This document shows, piece after piece, positions 49,760 through 60,432 of a stretch of 64,000 bases of DNA (positions within the stretch are counted from its first letter, which is position 1; the number at the start of each line of letters is the position of its first letter). Under the pieces are notes generated by a model, which saw only the letters and a program-made list of their open reading frames with translations, made no database searches and was not told the DNA's origin. The stretch lies in assembly GCA_001914195.1 (NCBI GenBank), contig MKYF01000001.1, positions 46,595 through 110,594 on the forward strand, written 5' to 3'. The stretch comes from Streptococcus mitis (GTDB lineage: Bacteria; Bacillota; Bacilli; Lactobacillales; Streptococcaceae). Made by a program: the position numbers and the translations under genes.

Positions 49760-50611
49760 ATGGAGCAGATTGGAAAAGTCTTTAGACAATTACGAGAGTC
49801 AAGAAATATCTCGTTGAGACAAGCAACTGGAGGACAATTTTCGCCGTCTATGTTATCTCGCTTTGAAACAGGTCAGAGTGAGCTTTCGGTGGAAAAGTTT
49901 CTATTTGCCCTAGAAAATATATCTGCCAGTGTGGAGGAAATCCTCTTTCTGGCGAGAGGTTTTCAGTATGATACAGATTCTGAGTTGAGAAAAGAAATCA
50001 TAGATGTCTTGGATCCAAAGAATATAGCTCCGCTTGAGGACTTGTATCGGAAGGAGTATCAAAAGCATGCCCATTCTCAAAACAAACAGAAACATATTTT
50101 AAATGCCATTATTATCAAGTCTTATATGAAGAGTATGGATGAAAGGGTAGAATTAACAGCAGAGGAAGGGAAAGTTCTTCATGATTATTTGTTTTCTACC
50201 GAGATTTGGGGAATCTATGAACTCAATTTTTTTTCAGTCAGTTCTCCCTTTTTATCAGTTCCTCTTTTTACCAGATATGTACGAGAAATGGTCCGCAAAT
50301 CTGATTTTCTAATGGAAATGTCTGGTAATCGAAATCTTTTTCATACCATGCTATTGAATGGTTTTTTAGTCAGCATTGAGTGTGAAGAATTTACCAATGC
50401 CTCTTATTTTAAACGTGTTATCGAAGAGCATTTCTACAATGAAAATGAAACCTATTTCCGAATTGTCCATTTGTGGGCTGAAGGTCTCTTTGATAGCAAG
50501 CAAGGCAGAGTCAAGGAAGGTCAGAAAAAGATGGAAGATGCTGTCCGTATTTTTGAGATGCTTGGCTGTAATAAATCTGCCGAATACTATAGAAAAACGA
50601 CCGATTGTTGA
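49760..50611 (+). CDS. Rgg/MutR/GadR-family transcriptional regulator (XRE HTH plus Rgg C-terminal domain)
   Basis: 283 aa. The N-terminal HTH is IGKVFRQLRESRNISLRQATGGQFSPSMLSRFETGQSELS, and the C-terminal helical-repeat domain is typical of Rgg. Confidence 0.75.
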   Translation: MEQIGKVFRQLRESRNISLRQATGGQFSPSMLSRFETGQSELSVEKFLFALENISASVEEILFLARGFQYDTDSELRKEIIDVLDPKNIAPLEDLYRKEYQKHAHSQNKQKHILNAIIIKSYMKSMDERVELTAEEGKVLHDYLFSTEIWGIYELNFFSVSSPFLSVPLFTRYVREMVRKSDFLMEMSGNRNLFHTMLLNGFLVSIECEEFTNASYFKRVIEEHFYNENETYFRIVHLWAEGLFDSKQGRVKEGQKKMEDAVRIFEMLGCNKSAEYYRKTTDC

Positions 50612-50788
50612 ATATCTGCAAACTAAGAAAATTATTTAAAATTTGAAGCGATAGAATTGTTGAGCTCTCACAGGTTATCAAAGAAGTTATATCGTTTTTT
50701 TGCTCATTTTGTTTGTTGCATATATTCAAAAGTTTTTCCTCTAGAATTTCTAAGTGCTATACTATAGTCATACTTCACATAAAACTTA

Positions 50789-50902
50789 TACTCTTCGAAA
50801 ATCAAATTCAAACCACGTCAGCTTCCATCTGCAACCTCAAAACACTGTTTTGAGCAACCTTCGGCTAGCTTCCTAGTTTGCTCTTTGATTTTCATTGAGT
50901 AT
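50789..50902 (+). repeat. BOX element (boxA-boxB-boxC, short)
   Basis: tactcttcgaaaatcaaattcaaacc ... tttgattttcattgagtat. Confidence 0.8.
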
Positions 50903-50925
50903 TTGAACAAGAAGGGAGATTATCT

Positions 50926-52173
50926 ATGAAACTATTGTTCAGAAATCAAGCTTATCGTCTCTTGACTTTGTCACGCTTCTTCAATGCTTTTGGTGCTTCA
51001 ATTTTTAATCTGGTCTTTATCGTCTATGCATCGACCCTGCCACAAGCCTCCTTTGCTGTTGCTATGGCGAATATTGTCATGATTCTTCCGACTCTCTTTA
51101 CAGTTTTTGTAGGGATTCGGGCAGATTACACGAGGGACAAGGTCAAATGGATGGTCTATAGCGGTTTGTTTCAGGCGGTTTTATTTTTTCTAGCAGCTTT
51201 AGTTGTCCAGCAAGCTAGTCTATTTGCCTTTTCTAGCCTGTGTTTAATCAATGTCATTAGTGATGTCATCAGTGATTTTGCAGGTGGCTTGCGCATGCCG
51301 CTTATTAAGGAAAAAGTAGCTGAAGATGATCTGATGGAGGCTTATTCTTTTTCCCAGTTCATCACCTATATTTCAGCTATTGGTGGTCAAGCTTTTGGAG
51401 TCTGGCTCTTAGGACTATCGGTTAACAATTTTTCCCTCGTTGCGGGAATCAATGCCTGTTTTTTCCTAGTATCAGCCGTTATCCTCTTTTTAGGAAAAAG
51501 CAAATTGAGCCTGTCAATGTCATCTGCTGATGGTGAAATTCTAAAAAATGAGAAGCTTCCGATTAAAGAGCAGTTCCTAACGATTTATCGAAATTTACGT
51601 CTCGTTTTTCTTAAAGGTGGGCAGAAAAACTTTGGTTTTATGCTCTGTGCTGTCTTGCTTATCAATGCCTTGGGTGGCGCTTTAGGAAGCATCTATAACA
51701 TCTTCTTTTTGAGCCATTCTCTTTTGGACTTTTCTTACACAGAGGCATTATTTATCAGTCAATTCTGTGCTTTGTTAGCAATCATCATCAGTAGCCTTAC
51801 GGGCAATGATTATTTTGGGAAGCAGTCCTTGCCTAGATTGATGATTTGGGTGACCGTAGGACTCAGTCTAGTTGGTCTAGCTAATTTATTCAATCAAGTC
51901 GTACTTGGTTTGCTATTCCTCTGTTCAACTCTGTATGTGTCTGGTAAAGTTCAACCAAAGATTAGTGCCATGCTCCTGAAAAATCTAGCTCCAGAGGTTC
52001 TAGCTCGTACCAGTAATTTTTTAGGTTTATTGTTCACCTTATCCATACCTGTGGGAACAGCTTGTTTTTCACTTGTTGCCGTATGGAATATACAGTTGAC
52101 TTGGATGCTATTTGTTGGTCTTTCCTTCCTGGCTATTCTTTTGACAGTTATTAATCTCAAAAATGATATCTAA
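50926..52173 (+). CDS. MFS-type transporter
   Basis: 415 aa, about 12 TM segments, with MFS-like topology. Confidence 0.65.
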   Translation: MKLLFRNQAYRLLTLSRFFNAFGASIFNLVFIVYASTLPQASFAVAMANIVMILPTLFTVFVGIRADYTRDKVKWMVYSGLFQAVLFFLAALVVQQASLFAFSSLCLINVISDVISDFAGGLRMPLIKEKVAEDDLMEAYSFSQFITYISAIGGQAFGVWLLGLSVNNFSLVAGINACFFLVSAVILFLGKSKLSLSMSSADGEILKNEKLPIKEQFLTIYRNLRLVFLKGGQKNFGFMLCAVLLINALGGALGSIYNIFFLSHSLLDFSYTEALFISQFCALLAIIISSLTGNDYFGKQSLPRLMIWVTVGLSLVGLANLFNQVVLGLLFLCSTLYVSGKVQPKISAMLLKNLAPEVLARTSNFLGLLFTLSIPVGTACFSLVAVWNIQLTWMLFVGLSFLAILLTVINLKNDI

Positions 52174-52250
52174 ATCCTAAATTTTTTCTCACTGTTTTAA
52201 TCCCTCTATTTATGGTAAAATAAGACTATTAAGTTTAAAGAGGATTCCCT

Positions 52251-53531
52251 ATGAAATTACAAAAACCAAAAGGAACGCAGGATATTTTACCTGCTGAGTC
52301 TGTCAAATGGCAGTATGTTGAGGGCTTTGCCCGTGAGATTTTCAAGCGCTATAACTACGCAGAAGTGCGCACGCCTATTTTTGAGCACTACGAGGTTATC
52401 AGCCGTTCTGTCGGAGATACAACGGATATCGTAACCAAGGAAATGTACGACTTCTATGACAAGGGTGACCGCCATATCACCCTCCGTCCAGAAGGAACTG
52501 CGCCAGTTGTCCGTTCCTATGTGGAAAATAAACTCTTCGCCCCAGAAGTGCAAAAGCCAAGCAAGTTCTACTATATGGGACCTATGTTCCGTTATGAGCG
52601 TCCACAGGCAGGGCGTTTGCGCCAGTTCCACCAGATTGGTGTTGAGTGTTTTGGCTCTAGCAATCCAGCTACCGATGTGGAAACCATCGCGATGGCAGCC
52701 CATTTCTTGAAAGAAATTGGCATCCAAGGTGTCAAACTACACCTCAATACGCTTGGAAATCCTGAGAGCCGTGCGGCTTATCGTCAAGCCTTGATTGACT
52801 ATTTGACACCGCTCAAGGAGACCTTGTCTAAGGATAGCCAGCGTCGCTTGGAGGAAAACCCTCTCCGTGTCTTGGACTCTAAGGAAAAAGAAGACAAGGT
52901 GGCAGTGGAGAATGCACCGTCTATCTTGGATTTCCTTGATGAAGAAAGCCAAGCTCATTTTGATGCGGTGCGTCAGATGTTGGAAAATCTTGGGGTAGAC
53001 TATATCATTGATACCAATATGGTGCGTGGTCTGGACTACTACAACCACACCATTTTCGAGTTTATCACTGAGATCGAGGGCAATGACTTGACCGTCTGTG
53101 CGGGTGGTCGTTACGATGGTTTGGTTGCCTACTTTGGTGCTCCTGAAACTGCTGGCTTTGGTTTTGGACTTGGTGTAGAGCGCCTGCTTCTCATTCTTGA
53201 AAAGCAAGGTGTGGCCCTCCCTATCGAAAATGCCCTAGATGTCTATATTGCAGTCTTGGGAGAAGGAGCAAATGTTAAGGCCTTGGAATTGGTACAGGCT
53301 CTTCGCCAACAAGGTTTCAAAGCAGAGCGTGATTACCTCAACCGTAAGCTCAAAGCTCAGTTCAAGTCAGCCGATGTCTTTGCGGCTAAGACCCTCATCA
53401 CTCTAGGTGAGAGCGAAGTCGAAAGCGGACAAGTGACGGTCAAGAACAACCAAACACGAGAAGAAGTGCAAGTATCACTTGATGCTATCAGCCAAAACTT
53501 CTCAGAAATCTTTGAAAAATTAGGCTTTTAA
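52251..53531 (+). CDS. hisS: Histidine--tRNA ligase
   Basis: 426 aa. The class II aaRS motifs ([16 protein letters not shown]; GGRYD) and the anticodon-binding C-domain are present. Confidence 0.95.
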   Translation: MKLQKPKGTQDILPAESVKWQYVEGFAREIFKRYNYAEVRTPIFEHYEVISRSVGDTTDIVTKEMYDFYDKGDRHITLRPEGTAPVVRSYVENKLFAPEVQKPSKFYYMGPMFRYERPQAGRLRQFHQIGVECFGSSNPATDVETIAMAAHFLKEIGIQGVKLHLNTLGNPESRAAYRQALIDYLTPLKETLSKDSQRRLEENPLRVLDSKEKEDKVAVENAPSILDFLDEESQAHFDAVRQMLENLGVDYIIDTNMVRGLDYYNHTIFEFITEIEGNDLTVCAGGRYDGLVAYFGAPETAGFGFGLGVERLLLILEKQGVALPIENALDVYIAVLGEGANVKALELVQALRQQGFKAERDYLNRKLKAQFKSADVFAAKTLITLGESEVESGQVTVKNNQTREEVQVSLDAISQNFSEIFEKLGF

Positions 53532-53548
53532 TAGTAGATAAACTGGTC

Positions 53549-53580
53549 AGGATTTTACTCCTGACCTTTTTCTTTTGCAA
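53549..53580 (+). terminator. Terminator after hisS
   Basis: ggtcagga-ttttac-tcctgacc followed by a T-run. Confidence 0.6.
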
Positions 53581-53602
53581 AATGACAAAAATCATAAACT
53601 TT

Positions 53603-53644
53603 TTGACAAATATGCTTGTCAAAAAGAAAAAGATGTGTTACAAT
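53603..53644 (+). promoter_or_regulatory. Palindromic operator TTGACAA-N6-TTGTCAA overlapping the -35 of promoter TTGTCA-17-TACAAT
   Basis: The inverted repeat is at 53603-53622, the -35 is at 53616-21, and the -10 is at 53639-44. It is probably the autoregulatory site of the XRE regulator at 54005. Confidence 0.45.
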
Positions 53645-53680
53645 ATAATCAAGTTAAGAGAAAAGGAGCAGGGAACGATT

Positions 53681-53995
53681 ATGTGGGCATTAGGATTTGT
53701 ACCTCTTGTGATTATGTTTTATCTCTATCATACCCAAAGGGTCAAGAAATTAGAGAATAAAATCAAAAGAATTGAGCAAAAACAGAAAGGAAATAAAGAA
53801 ATGTCAAGATTATTAAAAGAATTGATTGGGAAAACACCGAAAATCTTTGGACAAGTTTTTGGAACAGATAACTGGGAAGTTGTAGATGTTGATGAGGAAT
53901 GGGTCAAGCTACGTCGTGTTGATAAAAAAGGAAAAGAAAAATTCAAACTACAACGCATTGAGGATATCCAAACCGTTGAATTTGACGGAAAGTAG
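53681..53995 (+). CDS. Small membrane protein with coiled-coil, KR-rich tail
   Basis: The ATG at 53681 (MWALGFVPLVIMFYLY...) has an AAGGAG RBS 9 nt upstream. The ORF track start 53582 is upstream of the promoter. Confidence 0.4.
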   Translation: MWALGFVPLVIMFYLYHTQRVKKLENKIKRIEQKQKGNKEMSRLLKELIGKTPKIFGQVFGTDNWEVVDVDEEWVKLRRVDKKGKEKFKLQRIEDIQTVEFDGK

Positions 53996-54004
53996 GTGTG
54001 TAAC

Positions 54005-54211
54005 ATGCAACTAAAAAATCGTCTAAAAGAGCTTCGGGCTCGCGATGGTCTCAATCAAACCGACCTAGCCAAGCTGGCAGGGGTTTCCAGACAGACCGTT
54101 AGCCTACTAGAACGGGATGAGTACACCCCATCCATTATCATTGCCCTGAAAATATCTCAGATTTTCAACGAAACAGTCGAATCGGTATTTCGTTTGGAGG
54201 AGGACGAGTGA
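54005..54211 (+). CDS. XRE-family HTH transcriptional regulator
   Basis: The ATG is at 54005 (MQLKNRLKELRARDGLNQTDLAKLAGVSRQTVSLLERDEY), which is the classic Cro/CI HTH. Confidence 0.7.
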   Translation: MQLKNRLKELRARDGLNQTDLAKLAGVSRQTVSLLERDEYTPSIIIALKISQIFNETVESVFRLEEDE

Positions 54212-54408
54212 TGAACAAGTATAAAGTGATCTATTATGTAGTTGCCATAGCTTTATTAGTCAGCGTATTTCTACTGATTGGGATAGACTTAGGTTGGTTT
54301 AGTCCCTATCAAAGTGACCAATTTATTTGGGCCTACTTTGCACTCATCCCAGTAATTGAATGGATTGAAAAGAAATCCAAAAATCTAGCAAGTGAAAAAG
54401 GAGAATGA
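54208..54408 (+). CDS. Small membrane protein (66 aa)
   Basis: It has two hydrophobic helices and is translationally coupled to its neighbours. Confidence 0.35.
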   Translation: MMNKYKVIYYVVAIALLVSVFLLIGIDLGWFSPYQSDQFIWAYFALIPVIEWIEKKSKNLASEKGE

Positions 54409-55151
54409 AAATGAAAAAGAAAAATAAAGGTGGATTGTTATTTTTAATGTCTGTTGTCTTTGGAGGTTTCTTGGGCGGTTTTGTAGGGATGTTTAAGGCT
54501 GCTACCGAATCCCACGAAATTATTTTAGATGTAAAAGTCTTGATACCATGGATATCAGCTATTTGTTTATTGATAGGTTTCATTAGCATTCTTTTGACTT
54601 TCAATTTCTTAAAGAAAAGCAGAAAATTTCACTCCTTGTATCAAGAGGAAATGGATGATGATCTGAATGAAACCTATTATGTGCAAATGAATCGTAATCT
54701 TGAGTTTGGAACTATTGCTTTTCATATTACAAGTGTAGCGATTTTATTGGCTCTCTTTATTTCAGGAAGTGAAGTGATTGTACTAGATAGAAGCAATCTA
54801 ATCTTACCTCTTTCTTTTTTGGGATTAGTGTTGATTTTTAATGCTCAAAAATATTTTTATAAGACTATTGCGATTGTTCGTCAGTTTGATTTGGCATTTT
54901 TCTCTACACCAAAGGATTATTTAGACTATGTCAATTCTTACGATGAGGGGGAGCGCCAGGCTAATTTGGAACAGAGTTTTCGAATTTTATTCCAATTAAA
55001 CCAATATGTCTTGCCAGGTCTCTACTTTTTGATTGCTCTCTTTTCCTTGCTGACAGGAGAGATTCAGTTACTAGCTTTCTTGCTGGTAGGAGTGATCCAT
55101 ATTTATATCGGTGTGATGCAGTTGCCTATGGTGAAACGTTATTTTAAATAA
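54405..55151 (+). CDS. Polytopic membrane protein (248 aa)
   Basis: It has about six TM helices. No family was recognised. Confidence 0.4.
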   Translation: MKMKKKNKGGLLFLMSVVFGGFLGGFVGMFKAATESHEIILDVKVLIPWISAICLLIGFISILLTFNFLKKSRKFHSLYQEEMDDDLNETYYVQMNRNLEFGTIAFHITSVAILLALFISGSEVIVLDRSNLILPLSFLGLVLIFNAQKYFYKTIAIVRQFDLAFFSTPKDYLDYVNSYDEGERQANLEQSFRILFQLNQYVLPGLYFLIALFSLLTGEIQLLAFLLVGVIHIYIGVMQLPMVKRYFK

Positions 55152-55161
55152 AGGAGTTTCT

Positions 55162-55986
55162 ATGATTCGTGTTGAAAATGTAAGCAAAAGTTTTGGGAGC
55201 AAAAAAGCTCTTCATCAGATTTCTTTTGAGATTAAGGAAGGTGAAATCTTTGGTTTTCTTGGCCCTTCTGGCTCAGGTAAAACAACTATGATCAATGTCT
55301 TAACAGGACAGTTGGCTGCAGATCAAGGTAAAACAGTTTTGTTAGGCAAGAATTCTCAAGATTTAACCTCAAATGATTTGGAACAAATCGGTATAGTTAG
55401 TGATGGCAGTGGTTTTTATGAAAAGATGAGTCTTTATAAAAATCTTCTCATCTATGCTAAGTTATATGGTCTCAAGTCAGATAGAGTAAATCAGGTGCTC
55501 CAACAGGTTGGATTGGCAGATGCTAAAGATATTATCGCAGAAAAACTATCTACAGGAATGAAACAACGAATGTTCTTGGCTCGTGCCCTTCTGAATGCTC
55601 CTAAGATTCTCTTTCTAGATGAGCCAACCAGTGGCTTAGACCCTACAACATCTAAGATGATTCATACCCTACTACAAGAATTAAAGCAGGCGGGGACAAC
55701 TATCTTTCTGACCACGCATGATATGCATGAAGCAACTCTGCTTTGTGATCGCTTATCTCTTTTAAATAAGGGAAACTTAATAGAGTATGGAAGTCCACAA
55801 GATATTATCCAGAAGTACCATGTGGATAAGAAAGTACGTGTAGCTTATAAAGATGGACGAGAACAGATAGTTCCATTTGAAGAATTACCACATTTAGACA
55901 CGACAGATTTGATGGTGGTTCACTCTTGTGAGCCAACTCTAGAAGAAATCTTTATCAGATTGACAGGAGAAAAGTTAGATGTTTAG
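55162..55986 (+). CDS. ABC transporter ATP-binding protein
   Basis: Walker A is GPSGSGKTT, the signature is LSTGMKQR, and Walker B is ILFLDEPTSGLD. Confidence 0.85.
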   Translation: MIRVENVSKSFGSKKALHQISFEIKEGEIFGFLGPSGSGKTTMINVLTGQLAADQGKTVLLGKNSQDLTSNDLEQIGIVSDGSGFYEKMSLYKNLLIYAKLYGLKSDRVNQVLQQVGLADAKDIIAEKLSTGMKQRMFLARALLNAPKILFLDEPTSGLDPTTSKMIHTLLQELKQAGTTIFLTTHDMHEATLLCDRLSLLNKGNLIEYGSPQDIIQKYHVDKKVRVAYKDGREQIVPFEELPHLDTTDLMVVHSCEPTLEEIFIRLTGEKLDV

Positions 55987-56677
55987 AAAATTAAATGCCC
56001 TACTATGGTTAAGAGTGCAAGTTCTTATTAGCAATTCAACTTTGTTAGCAACTTTATTGATGCCTTTTGGTATTGCTGTTTTATATAATGAATTTTTAAA
56101 TAAGAATGGACAATTGAGCCTATTTTTACTATCTGCTAGCTTGACGATGGTCTTGAGCATGGGAAGTGGTTATATGGTATCGATTATGATGGCAGAAGAT
56201 AAGGAAAAACGAAATCTTAAATCACTCATCCTAAGTGGTGTGACAGCAACAGAATATACTTTCAGTATGCTTGTTCTCCCTATTCTGATAATGTTACTTG
56301 CTATGATTGTACTTCCCATCTATCTTAAAGTAGATGTATCTGGTTATTTATTTGCCTACGTTATCTATTTGGTCTTAGCAACTATTAGTGTTATTTTTCT
56401 CAACCTTCTAATCGGTGCGGTATCAGATACTCAATCTAAAGCGCAAGTTTATAGTATCTTCCCTATGTTAATTGTCTCTTTTTTACCTATAATTGCTCTT
56501 CAAAATGATACGGCTCAAAAAGTGTTGGATTATTCGTTCATCGGTCCTATTGTAAATCTTTTAAATAAAAAAGGTGGGGAAATATCTTTTTCTAATATCG
56601 GCATGTTACTTGCCTGGGTACTTGTGTTAGGAATAGCAAACCTCTTTGTATTGAAAAACAGTTATAAAGCAAGATAG
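55979..56677 (+). CDS. ABC-2-type transporter permease
   Basis: 232 aa with six TM helices. It overlaps the ATPase gene. Confidence 0.6.
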   Translation: MFRKLNALLWLRVQVLISNSTLLATLLMPFGIAVLYNEFLNKNGQLSLFLLSASLTMVLSMGSGYMVSIMMAEDKEKRNLKSLILSGVTATEYTFSMLVLPILIMLLAMIVLPIYLKVDVSGYLFAYVIYLVLATISVIFLNLLIGAVSDTQSKAQVYSIFPMLIVSFLPIIALQNDTAQKVLDYSFIGPIVNLLNKKGGEISFSNIGMLLAWVLVLGIANLFVLKNSYKAR

Positions 56678-56686
56678 GAGACTTTT

Positions 56687-57328
56687 ATGAAATTACTTAA
56701 AAATTTTGGCTGGTTTCTTCTAGCTGTTCTATCCTTTTTCTTTGGCTATGGCTTCATTCAGGGGTTGGCGACTACTTCGCTTGCCTTAGGTGCTTCACCC
56801 TATGCTGTGACCTTGCTCTATGTGGCCTTGGCTGGAGTTTATGTGTACGGTATTTACAAATGGTATCAGCAAGGTCCTGTTCGTATTGAGAAGAGTGGCT
56901 TCAACCGATTTATTTGGGTTCCTGCCTTGGTTTGGTTCTTATCTCTGGTTGTCCAGTTTTTCTTGCCAAATGATCCTTCAGTAAATCAGCAAATAGCGAC
57001 AGACTTGACCTTGTCTCAACCACTCTTCTCCTTCTTTGCGGTCGTTATTTTTGCTCCTTTGACGGAAGAACTTATCTTTAGAGGGATGTTAGCACGCTAC
57101 CTCTTTCCTAAGCAGGACAATAGTAAACAAACTCTGATTTTTCTTCTGGTATCCAGTGTTCTGTTTACCTTGATTCATTTCCCAGGTGATGTGCAACAAT
57201 TTTTTGTCTATTTTAGCCTTGGTTTTAGTTTGGGCTTGGCTTATATTAGCAGAAAAGGTCTGGTCTACAGTATTTCTCTCCACGCTTTGAATAATTTAGT
57301 CGGCTTTTTGATGATTCTCATGCTATAA
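56687..57328 (+). CDS. CPBP-family intramembrane metalloprotease (CAAX protease/Abi-domain)
   Basis: The motifs are EELIFRG ... FTLIHF ... HALNN. Confidence 0.7.
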   Translation: MKLLKNFGWFLLAVLSFFFGYGFIQGLATTSLALGASPYAVTLLYVALAGVYVYGIYKWYQQGPVRIEKSGFNRFIWVPALVWFLSLVVQFFLPNDPSVNQQIATDLTLSQPLFSFFAVVIFAPLTEELIFRGMLARYLFPKQDNSKQTLIFLLVSSVLFTLIHFPGDVQQFFVYFSLGFSLGLAYISRKGLVYSISLHALNNLVGFLMILML

Positions 57329-57345
57329 TAGAGTCAGGAGGTCAC

Positions 57346-57576
57346 ATGAAACGAGTAATTTTATTAGCAGTGATTCAAGCAGTTGTTCTATTTTTCATCA
57401 TTGGGGGATTAGCTTATGCCTTCAAAGGTGATTTCTTCTATAGCCATCTCGCAGTGGTCTTTGCCCCTATTGCCGGTATCTGGCGTTTTGGGACAGCCTA
57501 CACAACGGAAATCGTCCTGCCTCGAAAGGCAGCCGAAATCGCTGAAAAGCGTAAAGCAGGCAAAAATTCAAAATAA
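57346..57576 (+). CDS. Small membrane protein (76 aa)
   Basis: It has an RBS (aggaggt) and two TM helices. Confidence 0.4.
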   Translation: MKRVILLAVIQAVVLFFIIGGLAYAFKGDFFYSHLAVVFAPIAGIWRFGTAYTTEIVLPRKAAEIAEKRKAGKNSK

Positions 57577-57710
57577 AAGAGTCCGATGAAGTTCATCGGA
57601 TTTTTGTATGGGCGTTAATTTTTAAAGACTGGCAAACTTTTCTGATGATTTTCATGAAGAGCCTGCGCTTTTATGGTAAAATAGTAACAGAATAAAAGAG
57701 GAGAGAAAAC

Positions 57711-59474
57711 ATGAAACGTAGTATGTATGCTGGTCGTGTTCGTGAGGAACACATCGGACAAGAAATGACCTTGAAAGGATGGGTAGGCCGTCGTCGTGAC
57801 CTTGGTGGTTTGATCTTTATCGACCTTCGTGACCGTGAAGGAATTATGCAGTTGGTTATCAATCCTGAAAAAGTCTCTGCAGAGGTCATGGCAACAGCTG
57901 AAAGCCTTCGTAGCGAATTTGTTATCGAGGTGACTGGACAGGTCGCTGCGCGTGAGCAAGTCAATGATAAGTTGCCAACTGGTGCAGTTGAGTTAAACGT
58001 GACAGCCTTGACAGTGTTGAATACAGCTAAGACAACCCCATTTGAGATTAAGGATGGCATTGAGGCAAATGACGATACACGTTTGCGTTACCGTTACCTT
58101 GACCTTCGTCGTCCAGAAATGTTGGAAAATCTCAAACTTCGTGCTAAGGTGACTCACTCTATCCGTAACTACTTGGATGAGTTGGAATTTATCGACGTAG
58201 AGACACCATTCCTTTCTAAGTCAACACCAGAAGGAGCGCGTGACTATTTGGTGCCATCTCGTGTTAATAAAGGGCATTTTTACGCGCTTCCTCAAAGTCC
58301 TCAAATCACTAAGCAATTGTTGATGAATGCTGGTTTTGACCGTTACTACCAAATTGTTAAATGTTTCCGTGACGAGGACTTGCGTGGTGACCGCCAGCCT
58401 GAGTTCACTCAGGTCGACTTGGAAACGTCTTTCCTTACTGAGCAAGAAATCCAAGATATCACAGAAGGATTGATTGCGCGCGTGATGAAGGAAACAAAAG
58501 GCATCGAAGTAACGCTTCCATTCCCTCGTATGAAGTATGACGATGCTATGGCTCTTTATGGTTCTGACAAACCTGATACCCGTTTTGACATGTTGCTTCA
58601 GGACTTGACAGAAGTGGTCAAAGGTGTTGATTTCAAAGTCTTCTCAGAAGCACCTGCTGTGAAAGCCATTGTGGTCAAAGGAGCTGCGGACAACTATTCA
58701 CGTAAAGACATCGACAAGATGACCGAAGTAGCCAAACAGTACGGTGCTAAAGGTCTTGCTTGGGTCAAGGTTGTTGATGGAGAATTAAACGGACCAGTTG
58801 CTAAGTTCTTGACTGGTATCCAAGCAGACTTGACAACAGCGCTTGCTCTTGAAGACAAGGACTTGGTTCTCTTTGTGGCAGATACGCTTGAGGTAGCAAA
58901 TGCAACACTTGGTGCCCTTCGTGGACGTATTGCCAAAGAGCTTGGTTTGATTGATAGCGATAAATTCAACTTCCTTTGGGTGGTTGACTGGCCAATGTTT
59001 GAATGGTCTGAAGAAGAAGGCCGCTACATGAGCGCCCACCATCCATTCACACTTCCACAGGAAGAGACTGCTCACGAATTAGAAGGTGATTTGGCTAAGG
59101 TTCGTGCCATTGCTTACGATATCGTCTTGAACGGTTATGAGCTTGGTGGTGGTAGCCTTCGTATCAACCAAAAAGACCTTCAAGAACGTATGTTCAAGGC
59201 TCTTGGTTTTTCAGCCGAAGAAGCAAATGACCAGTTTGGCTTCCTTCTTGAAGCCATGGACTATGGTTTCCCACCACACGGTGGTTTGGCTATCGGGCTT
59301 GACCGTTTTGTTATGTTGCTTGCTGGAGAAGAAAATATCCGTGAAGTTATTGCCTTTCCTAAGAACAACAAGGCAAGTGACCCAATGACACAAGCTCCTT
59401 CAACAGTAGCTCTCAAACAACTAGAGGAACTCAGCTTACAAGTAGAAGAAGATGAAACAAGCAAAACGAATTAA
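57711..59474 (+). CDS. aspS: Aspartate--tRNA ligase
   Basis: 587 aa. It has an OB-fold N-domain, the class II motifs ([18 protein letters not shown]; GGGSLRIN), and is full length. Confidence 0.95.
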   Translation: MKRSMYAGRVREEHIGQEMTLKGWVGRRRDLGGLIFIDLRDREGIMQLVINPEKVSAEVMATAESLRSEFVIEVTGQVAAREQVNDKLPTGAVELNVTALTVLNTAKTTPFEIKDGIEANDDTRLRYRYLDLRRPEMLENLKLRAKVTHSIRNYLDELEFIDVETPFLSKSTPEGARDYLVPSRVNKGHFYALPQSPQITKQLLMNAGFDRYYQIVKCFRDEDLRGDRQPEFTQVDLETSFLTEQEIQDITEGLIARVMKETKGIEVTLPFPRMKYDDAMALYGSDKPDTRFDMLLQDLTEVVKGVDFKVFSEAPAVKAIVVKGAADNYSRKDIDKMTEVAKQYGAKGLAWVKVVDGELNGPVAKFLTGIQADLTTALALEDKDLVLFVADTLEVANATLGALRGRIAKELGLIDSDKFNFLWVVDWPMFEWSEEEGRYMSAHHPFTLPQEETAHELEGDLAKVRAIAYDIVLNGYELGGGSLRINQKDLQERMFKALGFSAEEANDQFGFLLEAMDYGFPPHGGLAIGLDRFVMLLAGEENIREVIAFPKNNKASDPMTQAPSTVALKQLEELSLQVEEDETSKTN

Positions 59475-60393
59475 GCGGTGGCGCTATTATCTGCGCCGCT
59501 TTGCTCATCAGATAAAAATTTTACGTGTCTTACAAAGCATCTCTCGCGAAAAATATGATGAGAAGATTTCGGCCTCTCTGGTCTATGGTTTTTTATCAGC
59601 AGTAGCGGTCAATTTCTTTTTCCAACCGGGGCATGTGTATTCGAGTGGTGCGACAGGTCTGGCACAGATTATCTCTGCCTTGAGTAATCACTGGTTTGGT
59701 TTTCATATCCCGATTTCGCTGACCTTCTACGCCATTAATTTTCCTTTGATGGTCTTGGCTTGGTATCAGATTGGCCATAAGTTCACCGTCTTTACCTTTA
59801 TCACGGTGTCTATGAGTTCTTTCTTTATCCAGTTTGTACCTGTGGCGACCTTGACTGAGGATCCTATTATCAATGCCCTTTTTGGGGGTGTTGTCATGGG
59901 CTTGGGGATTGGTTTTGCTCTTCGAAATAATATCTCCAGTGGTGGGACGGATATCGTCAGTTTGACTATTCGCAAGAAAACAGGTAAGAATGTCGGTAGT
60001 ATTTCTTTCTTGGTAAATGGGACTATCATGCTGATAGCTGGTTTGACCTTTGGATGGAAATACGCTCTCTATTCTATGATTACCATCTTTGTCTCTAGCC
60101 GTGTGACAGATGCGGTCTTTACCAAGCAAAAACGCATGCAGGCCATGATTGTGACCAATCATCCAGATAAAGTAATTGAGAAAATCCATAAAAAATTGCA
60201 CCGCGGAGCAACCATGATCCACGATGCAGAAGGAACCTATAATCACGAGAGAAAGGCAGTTTTAATTACTGTCATTACACGTGCAGAGTTTAATGAATTT
60301 AAACAGATTATGAAACAGGTGGACCCAGGCGCCTTTGTCTCTGTATCTGAGAATGTTCATATTCTGGGACGATTCGTTGAAACAGAAAATTAG
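59452..60393 (+). CDS. YitT-family membrane protein (DUF161 plus DUF2179)
   Basis: 313 aa. It has the duplicated DUF161 TM modules and a C-terminal soluble domain. It overlaps the aspS stop. Confidence 0.65.
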   Translation: MKQAKRIKRWRYYLRRFAHQIKILRVLQSISREKYDEKISASLVYGFLSAVAVNFFFQPGHVYSSGATGLAQIISALSNHWFGFHIPISLTFYAINFPLMVLAWYQIGHKFTVFTFITVSMSSFFIQFVPVATLTEDPIINALFGGVVMGLGIGFALRNNISSGGTDIVSLTIRKKTGKNVGSISFLVNGTIMLIAGLTFGWKYALYSMITIFVSSRVTDAVFTKQKRMQAMIVTNHPDKVIEKIHKKLHRGATMIHDAEGTYNHERKAVLITVITRAEFNEFKQIMKQVDPGAFVSVSENVHILGRFVETEN

Positions 60394-60397
60394 TGAC

Positions 60398-60432
60398 TAA
60401 AAAATCCAGCGCGAGCTGGTTTTTATTTTTCG
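60398..60432. terminator. Bidirectional terminator between convergent yitT and malR
   Basis: aaaaaatccagc-gcga-gctggttttttattttt. Confidence 0.55.

Noticed and set aside
50511-50729. 72-aa minus-strand ORF downstream of rgg, considered as an SHP-like peptide gene
   Set aside because: It overlaps the 3' end of rgg antisense and is not hydrophobic. It does not fit an SHP.
53582-53995. Extended 137-aa version of the small membrane protein (start at 53582)
   Set aside because: The extension covers the promoter and operator sequence and begins before the -35/-10. The ATG at 53681 with an AAGGAG RBS is the plausible start.
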